DNA of 57,740 bases, filler included, from Sphacelaria rigidula (Eukaryota), in the NCBI GenBank assembly GCA_964200075.2. It is 4 parts of 4 records of this genome, joined end to end, with 100 filler letters (N's around TTAATTAATTAA, not from the genome) between each part and the next. Parts side by side here need not be neighbours in the genome. Positions count along the whole stretch, not along the records: positions 14,464 to 28,825 come from CAXNAA020002293.1; positions 28,926 to 43,283 come from CAXNAA020002294.1; 2 more parts are not named here. One strand, 5' to 3'. Below are positions 27,826-39,405 of this stretch, in pieces (position 1 is the stretch's first letter; the number at the start of each line of letters is the position of its first letter). The position numbers and the translations under genes were made by a program. A model generated the notes under the pieces. That model searched no databases. It had not been told where the DNA came from and saw nothing but the letters and a program-made list of their open reading frames with translations.

Positions 27826-28310
27826 GTTTGATCCTACTATACTGGGTGAGATGCCGAAAATTGTGAGAGAGAAAACCCTCACAAAGCGATGTCTACGCTC
27901 TACTATCCTGGGAGCCTTGGGTTTGTTGGGTGCACGGAGACAGGTTATTGCGTTATAGCGTGTGGTCCTGCAACTACCTGCGGAGCTTGTGGTAGTCTTC
28001 AAGACTTTCGCTTTCAGTGCAACGCAGTCTGTACCGCTGCACTGTCTGCACTGTCTTAAAAATTCTCGAGAGAGAAGGCAACAACAATATGTCATGGGTG
28101 ATGACTTTTTATTTACAGCAATCGTCACGTTGGACGCAGTTACAATCGTCATGATCCAAGGGGGTGTTTTCCCCAATGAAGATGGTTCTGTGATTTTTTT
28201 TTTTCCTGCGGAGGAGATTCCTATTCTGCGGGCACTTGTGGATACGGTAGTGCCCGCGTTGTCCACCAACTTTCATGAGTTTGTTTTTCTTGGTGTGGTT
28301 TGTTGTTTAA

Positions 28311-28407
28311 CCCTTAGACCGCGAGCTTAGTCTTCTTTTGGATCGGAACAATTTCAAGTGAAAAAAAGTATGCATGGTCCAGAAAGACTAATCTCGCGGT
28401 CTAAGGG
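28311..28407. mobile_element. piggyBac-type MITE (97 bp)
   Basis: ~24-bp TIRs CCCTTAGACCGCGAG(C/A)TTAGTCTT; TTAA on the left and TAAA on the right. A second copy starts at TTAA|28767 and runs to the contig end. Confidence 0.75.
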
Positions 28408-28825
28408 TAAATGAGAAGAAGGGTTTCCAGAGGCGGCTTTTCTTTCTTTTCGCCAGCAAGCGATGGTGGGGAAGTCATCCACTTCATAATATCAGTATCA
28501 TGATAAAAACACGGGATCTTAGAAATGGGGGATGGATCTTTTATTATTGGGGATGAGAAACCCGGAGAATTAAAATCTTAGTATACAAACCAAATCTTCG
28601 AAATATGGTTCCATTTCTTCACCTACTGATAGCTATTGACAACTGCTACACGCCGTAGAAATTTCGATTTCGATCACTGAAATTTGGGGGTCCCAGATGA
28701 AAAAGCAGTTTTGGAACCATTTTGGCGTCCGTTCGGACACCCGAAATTCCAAAAAGTGATAATTAACCCTTAGACCGCGAGGTTAGTCTTCTGTTGAATC
28801 GGCATCAATTTCAAGTGAAACAAAG

Positions 28826-28925
28826 NNNNNNNNNNNNNNNNNNNNNNNNNNNNNNNNNNNNNNNNNNNNTTAATTAATTAANNNNNNNNNNNNNNNNNNN
28901 NNNNNNNNNNNNNNNNNNNNNNNNN
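28826..28925. other. Artificial contig linker
   Basis: N44-TTAATTAATTAA-N44. Confidence 0.97.
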
Positions 28926-31699
28926 CTGGCTTGCAACGCTGGAATAAGGCCGAGGAACTGATTCGTCACGAGTCGACTCATTATACTAAAACCAAGTAGT
29001 TTTGAGACGAATCATTATTTGTCCGACCCTTGCATCCGTTGCAACCGGTGCCAGGGGTTGGCAAACCATGCCACGGTAGGGGTTGCACATTTGGGCCCGG
29101 ATCGTTCTCATTCTTCGGCTACTACAAGTAGAAGGTACACAAAATATGGGTCAGGAAATTTCCGCCGCAATATCCATTCGAGACATCCCTGGCCCATCAT
29201 ATTTCTGATGGTGGCGTGTTGTTGTGTTCTGCTTCAGTCTACCTTTTTGGATAAAGGGTTCCCACAAATTCAAACCTCACAAACATTTAATGCACCTCTA
29301 CCGCGGCATTACTCGGACAGTCTTTCGACACAGCATTCATATGTCTGCGAGACCGACATATACACACGATTAAAGCTAACGATACCTCTGCACAGCACGT
29401 TCCCTTTATCACGACACCGCACCGTCGCCTCGCCTTCAGAAAGCACCCGACTTCACCATCACTTCTACTCCATCACCCGAGTAGAATCCGGTCCGAATAT
29501 CGTGCCCCCACGTCTCCGTTCCCCTCCCCCTCTCAGTCACAAGACGTTTCCGTTGACTGGCTGCTACCAAATTTGAATTCAGCGTCTTTACTGGTCGATT
29601 CCCGCACGCTATCGCTGTCCTCCACCTCGCTGTCATCACACAGCTCTAGCCCAAACCCTCGCGAAAAAAAACCTCCGGTGGGTAACCCTTCAGTTTGGAA
29701 CCCTTCAGTGAGTAACGCATGAGTGGGTAACCCATCAGAGAATGACCTTGACTGACCTGCAGATAAGTTGCGAACGCCGCCGGGTGCAGACGGTGTCATG
29801 AACATTCCAACAATCGGGGCCGCTAACCTAACCGTTGTCCACGGCGGTGAGCAGCACGCAACAGAACGCTGTGACGGAAGCCACCCATACAGTACAGTAG
29901 ATGGTACTCATGCGATATAGTACAGGGCCCTAATGTGATGGACAGCAACGTACAGTATAGTACAGCACACAAGTGCACATGACGGTACCCGATAGTGCAT
30001 GATACCGGGCCGCGCACGACGGTTTACAGTACAGTGCAGCAGAGTTAAACAGTCCAGTGCCTTGCTGAACGGCAAAGTGCAGTACCGTTCAACACAAACG
30101 ACTACAGAATTTGACCGTGTGCGATAGTCTCTAGTGCATAGCAATTAAATGGACTGCAACGCACTGCAGTACACGACACTGTCGGGCAGCACACAACAGC
30201 GTGTTCTGCTTTCTCATCGCACAGGACCCCGTACGTGATCGTGGGCCACCCTAATCAGTACAGGACAGAACAACACAATAGGCTCGAATGCAGCACACGA
30301 CCGCAGCGGCTCAACTACACGGTGTGTTGTGTACTGTCGTCCAACAGTGCACCGTAGTGGATCGTGCACCGCACTTTCTACTACATGACGGTACATCACA
30401 CAACACTCCAGTACACAACACAACAGCACAGGCCAGCACGCAACAGTGAGCTGCGGTACAATTACCGTAGCAGTGGAGTACCCAAGACATCATGACAGGG
30501 GAGCGTGGATAATCTTTTACTATACTGGAATTAGTATGGAATTCGCAGCCGCGATCTTGCACCAGACATGCTTGCAGTCAATCGACTCGATAATCGTGTC
30601 CCATGAACGTATCGGCATTTTTTGTTTCAGAGGGACTCGATGCATTATGAGCTGCCTCATACGCATCGTGCGGCCCACGCCCTCGTGGTGTGGCCCCCAC
30701 CCGTCTGCGTACCCTCACGCACAATCGAGACCACGAGAAACCTATACACAGCAACACCGTTCAGACCGCCCAACGCGTGAACTAATCACCTTTTTATCCA
30801 GAAATTACCACCGACAGTCCGCCTCGAGCACAACTTTCAATGAATGCCGCGCGTGGGACATATGCTCCTTTGTGTAGGGCTCGCCACCGGGGTGAGCTGA
30901 TCGTACTTTGCGGCTGATGCTAGCTCATTCAGTGTGCAATGGTTCTTGTATGCGGGCGTTTTCCGAAAAAAGTTTTTCTTTTTATATCGGCGCAGGCCTG
31001 GGTACGCTGACAAAACTGGTCGATAGTGTCGTTTTAAAAAAACTTATGGGGGTGATTTCACACAAATTCTGATTTGTGATGTGGAGGTTACGTTTGAAAA
31101 GGCCATGCTCCGCTGAACCAAATGTGCTTACTTTGAAGGGGCACACGCCCCTAGAAGAGAAGTGTCCACATCAGCACGGAAAGCTGGCGATACAAACGAC
31201 GTCCTGGGCTACGAGCTGCACTAGCCTAGAAGCGGATCTGTAGGTTTCAATGTTGCCCATAACTCATGAAGAACTTCTCTTCTCGTCCCACGACATGTGA
31301 TTCTTCGTATGCCCCACAGTTAGGGGTGCGAATCGCTCACAAAACACATGGGAATTTTCCCCCCAAAAGTGTCCTGGCTCTTCCTGATGGACAAATCAAG
31401 CTAGCCGCTCAGAAACAAAGGATCCGTCCGGTCGGTTCCAAGAGGACCCTGGAAGGCCTTCTGCGCAGATCACACACTCTGCCGCAGGTGCATTTCTCAT
31501 GGGCGCACTGATGAATCATTTTGCAAGCAAAGATTATTCCGATGCAGGTACCGACTTTGAGGGTGACAACAGACAAAGACAAATTAAAACAGAGAATCCA
31601 ACAACAGCACCACAATGCAGTACGAAAGCTGTGTGGTAAAGACTGTACCGTGCAGGGTTGTATCATCTCCCCCCCCCCCGCTGCTTCCCTTCTTTCGAT

Positions 31700-32430
31700 G
31701 GGCACCATAAATGATCAGATTACACAAAATCTTTGGAAAGCGTTGAACCTGTGAGCCTCTACGGTGGGTCACCTGAGTCTTGCGTTCATCTTTCAAGTCA
31801 AAATTATGCCAATGCACAACAGATTACTCTCCCTGAAGGTGACTGTATATGGATGGACAAAGCCCAACAAGGCTCAGCACAGCACGGGACAATGCAGCAC
31901 CATGTAGAACTGTAAAATTCAGGAGAGTGTTGTCTTCTCTCCCGCCTCCCACTGCGTTCCTTCCCATTGCTCCCATTATCCATGGCCATTACCATGAACC
32001 AGAGTACAAAAAAGCTTTCGAGAGCGTGAACTCGTCCTGCCCCTAGCTCTGGAATTGAACCCTTGGACCTCCACGGTGGGTAATCTGTGTCTTACACTCA
32101 TCTTTCAAGTCAAAATTGTGCCAATGCACAACTGATGACTCGCCCTGAAGGTGGTCATGTAAAGATGGGCAAAGCCGAACAAGGCACCAACAGTACAATA
32201 CAAGGCAATTCAGTATAGTCCAGTTCAGCAGAGTTTTGTCTTCTCTCTCTCCCTCCGTGCGTTCCTTCCTACTGCTCCCATTAAGTATGGGTATCACCAT
32301 GGACTAGATTGCAAGAAACCTTTGAAGAGTGTGAAATCATTCTGCCCCGAGCTATGTACGTGAACCGTTGGGCCTTCACGGTGGGCAATCCGGATCCTGT
32401 TCATATTTCGAGTCAAATCATGCCAAGTCG
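31700..32430. repeat. Tandem ~310-bp repeat (about 2.3 copies)
   Basis: TGAACC..ACGGTGGG..TTTC(A/G)AGTCAAA..TGCCAA recurs at ~31744, ~32057 and ~32361. Confidence 0.85.
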
Positions 32431-33403
32431 GTATGTGTGAACACAACACTAAATCTTCATGGCAGCGCAGAGATTATGTACAGCCGGCAGGCCACATGTG
32501 GCGGTAAAGGTGGACTCTGCATAACCAGGAAAGAGAAGAGCACAAGACAGTCACCATGGTGTTGTCTGTTCCAGTACACCCCACGCTCCCTTACGTGGGT
32601 TCCCAGAGCGGCTAGGTATACAGGCAGCAACGCTTCTCTGTTACTATGCTGTCGGAGTGCATTACACACGGACATACTTTTACGGAACCGAAAACGTTAC
32701 TCCGGCTCAGACCTCTCCTCCCTTCTTGCCTCTACCGTCCCGTCTGCGTCTTTTCTGTTCATTTGCTCTTGTCGGAGACGGTGGTTTGTTGGAAAGAGTC
32801 CATCGATGGGTCACCTGAATCGGAGACGATCTCGTCGACCACGAGTGCGATTCGAGCGCTGTTTTTTGCGTTGTGTGCTTCAAATCATGATGCATCTTGT
32901 GATGACTTTGCTTTCCGGGAACGCCCCACGCTCGGCACAACAGGCGGCAAAAAGTATTTTTTTGCAGAGTTTCACCGAAAGCTACAAGAGTTGAGAAGAA
33001 AGGATGTCATCTTGCAGTGTGTGTCAGGAATGTGAACGTGTATGTAGCGCCTGAACAGGGAGCACGTCGCCTGAACGCACGATTTTCTCGTTCTAATGAT
33101 GTTGTGTTTAATCAAGCGTATCCACATGGAAGAAAGGAAACGAGGATGAGTTGTCTCTGGTCGATAAAATTCCGTCGAACGGTCTGACAAAATTCGGATG
33201 CTAACACCCCCCCGATTCGCACCCCTAACAGTGTTATTTCTTTTCGATAATATGGAGGCATTAGTCACGGTGATGTGTATGTTCTACTAGCTGAAGTCAT
33301 GTGCCGCAGTTCAATTATCTCGAGCTCAGACAGGAGATCATCGTCGGAAGAGGCTTGGGCACTTGCCATACTTCATGTTAAAAGGAATCATACCCTGGGC
33401 AAT

Positions 33404-33772
33404 AGGTTACAAAATCGAAAAACTGTACTGGGTACAGCATGAAATGCATTGTCTACTGCAATAGCTGCAGAGTGATGCTACGGTAGGGTTGCACAAATAT
33501 TTTCTGAGGTTGAAATTGTTAGGAGCCCTTTATCTCATCCAAAACACGACTTCTCGAAATATGTGAGAGTACGCCAGGATTACTATTTCAATGTGCTGGG
33601 AATATCCCGGATGAATTTGCGCACGGGGATGTCCTGGCCCATATTCTTGTGCATCTAGAATCGTTAGGAGCCCCTGAACCAGACGAGATTTCGCGCAAAA
33701 AGTGCATCCCTACCGCAGCATTGCTCTGCAGTAGTCGATACTGTATGCAGTACACTTTTTGAAAATGTAATC
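33404..33772. mobile_element. MITE-like element with long imperfect terminal inverted repeats
   Basis: CTGCAGAGTGATGCTACGGTAGGGTTGCAC versus GTGCATCCCTACCGCAGCATTGCTCTGCAG, and AAAACTGTACTG versus CAGTACACTTTT. Confidence 0.6.
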
Positions 33773-34819
33773 CATCGCCACGGTGTGAAATGGACAGGTG
33801 TATTGCCGCGTAAACAGGGAGCAAGTTACCTTCCGGATCCGTTTTTTCTCAGTCTCTTCGTCAGTTGTTTATTTTCCAACAAGAACCCCGCGGGCGAATA
33901 CGAACAGCTGTCCATCAGGTGTCAGGGTTCCCCTCTGAAAAGCGAACATGATTTGTTTCAGGGGGGGCATAAAGAGGCGAGGAACAGGGGAGAAGAAGAG
34001 AAGCCCAAGTACACAGATGTCGCCGCCTAGAAACGGGCTTTGAACGCTGTTTTTGAAATCTGGAACACCTATCCCCATCCCAATAAAATTGTTATCATGA
34101 GGTGTGTGACGGAATCGGAAAATCATCTTGGAGGGGGGGGGCATACCCGTTTGGTTTCCAGTGGAGTTCTTTTTTCGATGTACCGGGCTCTGGAGACACC
34201 TCCAAAGCAACATCTTCAGTACCCCAGTATTGAGGCAGCTGGCATCTACCCTTATTGGAGGTGATATACCTTGGTTCAGCTCGGTAATACGGTGTGTGGA
34301 TTGCCGAAACTGTGGTGCGGTAAGGTACGGTGGTTGTGCTGCGCCTCCATTTCTCTGCTGCGTCGTAATGCAACCCACATGTCCAAGTTCTCTGCTCAGC
34401 TACTTCGTGTGTTTTTAATATTTGTTTTCGTAATTGTTTTTATTGTGGAACTTCTTGTAAATAAATTCAGCGGGTGTAATGACAAATATACGTCATAAAA
34501 TAGAAGAAATGCGCGAACGGAGAGTTTTGAGTTGATCCAAGTAACGCTACCGGAATGAGACTGCACTGCTCTCTTCAGCCTAGTAGGGTAAATTGTGAGT
34601 TACGAACTTCGATTGACCGCTTTCACCAGGAGCGCGGAAGAAAATTCAAGTAGCCCCAGCAGTGGTGAGAAAACGATGTGACTGAAAAGTAAAAAAATCT
34701 GGCATGTTAGACATTCCAAAGCTACGAAAGTACGCGCAAAAACAATATTGAGCGGATACAAAATAGCAACGGTCGGTTGAACACTTCTTACCCTGTCGGG
34801 AACCATTCATGTGTAGTTG

Positions 34820-35800
34820 CCTATAAATACCTCTTCCAGAGAAATATTTTCCAACTAGTTAGTTGCCTGTAGAAAACCACTGGATGTAGAACCTGCACAT
34901 GTAGCTGTCTGTATATGTCATTTAGATGAAAAATTTGTGCAGCTACTTTTCTGTAGACGGCTTTATGATGAGGAGAGCCTGTACACCTAGTTGCACGTGA
35001 ATGGCTCTCGATCGACAACTTCTTATAACTACTCACTGGCAAGTGGATAACCTTGCGGTGGGAAACCTGAGCAAATAGTTGTGTAGCAGCATCTACAGTC
35101 GAATGCTGCTCATTTAGTATACAGGGTATGAACCACTTCCAAGGATGGGACGTGCACATTTGAGGAATCAACGATCAATATCTCACCAAAACCAAGAAAC
35201 TGATGCGCAAGGAAATATATTTTGAGACGGGCAACATATGGAACATGAACGTGATTTTCTCGCTGCACATGCATGTAGCGCGACCACTTGAGACCCTAAA
35301 AAAGTCAAAATATAAGAACCTGATGAGAACAAGAGCTCAGTTCCGAGGTGTCGATGAAAACAAGAACCCCCACCTGATACATCTGGTTAAGGATTGCATG
35401 CACCAATCAGAAAAGAAAAAAAAACTCCAATTTCAGCCATAATCGGCCAATGATGAACGTCAATTTCTCTCGAGGTTAAATAAATTATGTCCTGAGCGCT
35501 TGAAGACTCGAAATAGTATCACCCCTGTCGAATAATGGTTTGATACCATTAGTCGTGCAGCAGTAGAAATGAACATTACCGGAGTTTGGGGGGAAAGCGG
35601 CAGACAAGAGGGGCAGATGGACGGTGTTCAACCGTGGCAGAACTTGCTGAGCGGTACAAGGTGCAGCCACCGTTCAGTGTACAGTGTTGGTGAGTAGATT
35701 AGGGACCGTGTACTAACGAATAGCGCCCGCCAACAATGCAGGCATTCATCGTGGAACAAGAAGCAGAAGTTGAGCTTATCTGTGGGTACCGTGGTGTCCT
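34820..35800 (-). pseudogene. Decayed CxC5-like / KDZ transposase fragment
   Basis: Minus-strand translation DKLNFCFLFHDECLHCWRALFVSTRSLIYSPTLYTERWLHLVPLSKFCHG* (~35790-35630), then LNEQHSTVDAATQLF..YRKVAAQIFHL. Resembles CxC5 by eye. Confidence 0.3.
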
Positions 35801-37129
35801 TCGCTGCATTATTATTGTGGTCGATGCTTCAATCGGGCATTTGTATCACACGGTACGGCACGCTGCGGTGCGGTGTCAGGAAACGCAACGTGGTCTGCAC
35901 AATAGCTGGGAGTGCAACCTTACGCGTTACCGCGATGAAAGACAGCTGGAATTCATGCCCTTGCTTCCAATAATGGCAATGCAACGCAGTGAACGCATTG
36001 CAGTGACGCCACGAAGATAAGCCCTGTAATTTTTGTAAGTTACTCTGTCACTTCCCCAGGCATTCTTGCGATCCGTTGGACTCAAGCGTTTTCGTGAATC
36101 CTTTTCGGAGTCCGTCGAAGTTACTTGAAATGATGCTGAAAAACACTGTCCCGGAAGAGGCATCACATAGCATCATTTTTTAATAGCACTTCTCGGAGCA
36201 TCCAGTGAGCACCGACGAAGCCACCAAAGCATCGGGGGAAGATGGTGAACCCAGGCACGAATCACCGCCTTTTGACAACGCTTGTTTTTTCTTAGTTTTG
36301 CGATTGCAATGGTGTAATTAGCCTAACCGCGACGGACAAGAGACTGGCCGGTAGGTCGGCAGACGGAGATATTCATCTGACCGTGCCTGTGGTTAGTTGG
36401 TCCCTATTTTGGAACGGTCAACATCACTTATTCAGCCCTGAAGAACGAGTGCAAAAACTGCCGATGTGTTCATAATGTGATATGTGTTGCAAAATTATCG
36501 TGTGCTCTTGCGCATGTTCCCTGGAGAGAAATATTACAAAATTGCTGTTTTCGTGTATATTCATCTCATCGGTCATCCGCCAATTTCATCAGTGCTTCAA
36601 TGTCACATGGAAGGCCTCTACAATGGATACAAATATTTTCATCTGAGGCCCGCCAGTCGGGGGCTGTCAATTGAAAGTTTTTGTTTATCCCCATCTTGAG
36701 GCCATATGCACCCCGAAATATGTTCGCCACTAGTCCGCAGTCACCATGCATCCTAGGGCAGCGCCTTCTGCGTTATCTGCCGATATCGTTTACTACTCAG
36801 TGTGTTGCGGTGCAGATAGGGGCAGCAAGGAGCACCGCACCCACAGTAGCAAGGAGCGTCGTGATTGCCTGCGGCCATCGTCGCTGGCTAGATCAGTGCA
36901 CCGTTGGCGTGGTGATGGCATCCGGTGTGTTGCCGTGTGGTTGCGTAGTTTGCAAAAGCAGCGGTATGTGCTAATGCTGGGACAGCAGTAAAACCACATG
37001 GAATGTGCCGAAAGAGCGTCACACCTTCGCTACTATGTTTTCTTCCACAATACGTCCATCGAGTGTTGTATTGACTGGATGTACGTGCTTAGGCCGTCTG
37101 CAACGGTTTGCTATTATCCTGCTGGCTCA

Positions 37130-37561
37130 AAACACGGGATTTTGCTAGTTGAGGATGGATCTTCTATTGGGGATGAAAGCCCGGGGAATGAGATCTTCGT
37201 ATTCACACCAAATTTTCGAAGTATGCTTCCACTTCTTCATTTGCTGGTAGCTATTCGCAACTACTATACGCCGTACAAATTTGGATTTCGATAACCGAAA
37301 TGTCGGGGTCTTGGGTGAAGAACCAATGTTGGGGGATTTTAGGTGTCCGATCGGACGCCAAAATTGATTTTTTACCTAGGACCCCGACACTGCGGTTACC
37401 GAAATCCAAATTTGTATGGCGTGTTGTAGTTGTCAATAGCTACCAGCAAGTGAAGAAATGGAAGCATAGTTCGAAGATTTGGTGTGGATACGAAAGTTTT
37501 AATTCTCAGGGTTCTCATCCCCAATGCAAGACCCATCCTCAATTTGTAAAATCCCGTGTTT
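37130..37561. mobile_element. ~430-bp foldback (near-palindromic) element
   Basis: Arms AAACACGGGATTTT... and ...AAAATCCCGTGTTT are complementary over ~200 nt, with centre GGTGTCCGA|TCGGACGCC. Related arms lie at 28507-28750, 42480-42672 and 47125-47761. Confidence 0.85.
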
Positions 37562-39405
37562 CAATTTAATTCTCGGTCGTCTAACGAGCGATACAACATC
37601 TGATGTTTCGGTCACCTGATGATGGTACAGCCTTCAGAGTTTGAGCTTCGATTTGTTCGTGCAGCAGCGGCTCTGCTCGAGGAATTTGTGATTTTTCAGC
37701 CGCACCAGCATGAATCATCTAAGACGGTCGTCTTTCAAGGAAGTGGCGTCCTAGGATAGTGAATTTCATGGAAGTGGTATTGGGTTTGGAAGCATGGCGG
37801 TTGCGAAGTTGTATCAGTTTGAAGGGACGTCCATCTTGGCACCTACGCACAAAATTACGCAAACAGGGACGATTTCACCGTGGAGGACCGCAGACCTGTA
37901 CCCTTGTATTATTATTTAGGTGTGAAATATATTTAGGATGAGCCAAGTGTGTACTCCCGGTGACGTGTGCTGCTGATCAACAGTGTTCCTGCAGACCTAC
38001 AAGAGTCACTGAAGAATCTACAAGTGACGTGTAGATACTGCAATCATCTTATGGATTTACGGGGACCTGGTTGATCTGCGAGAACTTGAATCGGTCAGGT
38101 GCGCGGCCAGTGTAAACTTGCAACATGCCGCTCGCACAGTTGCTAGTAAGCAATCATTTCCCGAGGCATCTACACTGGGTATTTCCTGCATTCGACAGTT
38201 CTGTTGGTCCTGTAGGCATCCCGTACCCTTACCCGACAGTTGTGTAGGTTCTGTTAGCCTCCCATAGCCCGACTTGATAGTTCTGTAAGTAAGTTCTGTA
38301 TACAGTGCTAGCCCTCGCCTAGGTTTAGAGTATATCCTTGCAGGAATACCATTGTGAGGAAACGGGTGCCTGTACAACATTCATACCCTACCAGACAGGT
38401 TCTGCACGTTGTGTAAGACTTTCATATCGGTCCTCGAACGTTCTCGAGGTTCGATAGGAGACATCATCACCTACTGAGCGTACACGTACCCAACAGGACA
38501 CATATTTGCTCATTTGAGTAAAGAGCTGGTATGTCGCCTATTTTTCGAGTATATTATTGTACAACCTCGTTGGTATGGCTTTGAAAGCGCTCACGTTCTG
38601 CGGTATATGGTGGATACAGCAGCGAAAAATGAATACGTGCAAAAAGGCATATCAATTTCAAGTTTTGCGTCCCCGAGTTGCTTGAATCCCGCCCGTCCCT
38701 GCGTATTCCACGAGCCCAATATGATGCACTTTTCCGAATCTCTTTGTTCATGTATGTGTATAACAACAGCGTCCGTAAGCGTGAATCCACACCCAAAGCA
38801 CACGAGTATCTGTCACTAATGCCAGCAAGTGACACCCAATGTTCCCTTTCTTTCTCTCGCATACCAAGCGGCATCTCCTTCGCCGTTACCTGAGTTTCGC
38901 GTCCGCGGATGGTACAGTGCGACTGTACCCCCGTCTCACTTCAACCATCGCCATGACGCCATGATATTTTTGTTTTTGCAATGACGTCAGGTCGATGACT
39001 AAAGGTCACAGCCGGTTGAAAGCGATACCCTGGGCAGAAAGGATATTCTGGAACAGCTGGGTTTGACTGTTGAGGAGGGCCTCTAGCTCAAATGAAGAAC
39101 AGGGCGTAACGGGGGCCACGAAGTTTACGTCATCAGCTCCAGCTCTCACTGCACACGGGATGAATAATCGTCTCATAGTTGAAGCAGCGGTAGACAGTCG
39201 CAAAAGCAGCACGCGTTCCAACGAGGGTTGTTGTGCGTATTGCGAGGCAGTCGTAGCTTGGAGTTGTGCTCACCGCACGCTGAGGTGGGGGTAGGGCATG
39301 TAATGGAAAGGGTGTGTTCGCACACGGGCTACTTCCAAACAGTCGTCATTTGGGTTTGCGGAAAGCAGAAGGCCGGAGTGTTGCCCACAGCATGCCGAGA
39401 CCGGA

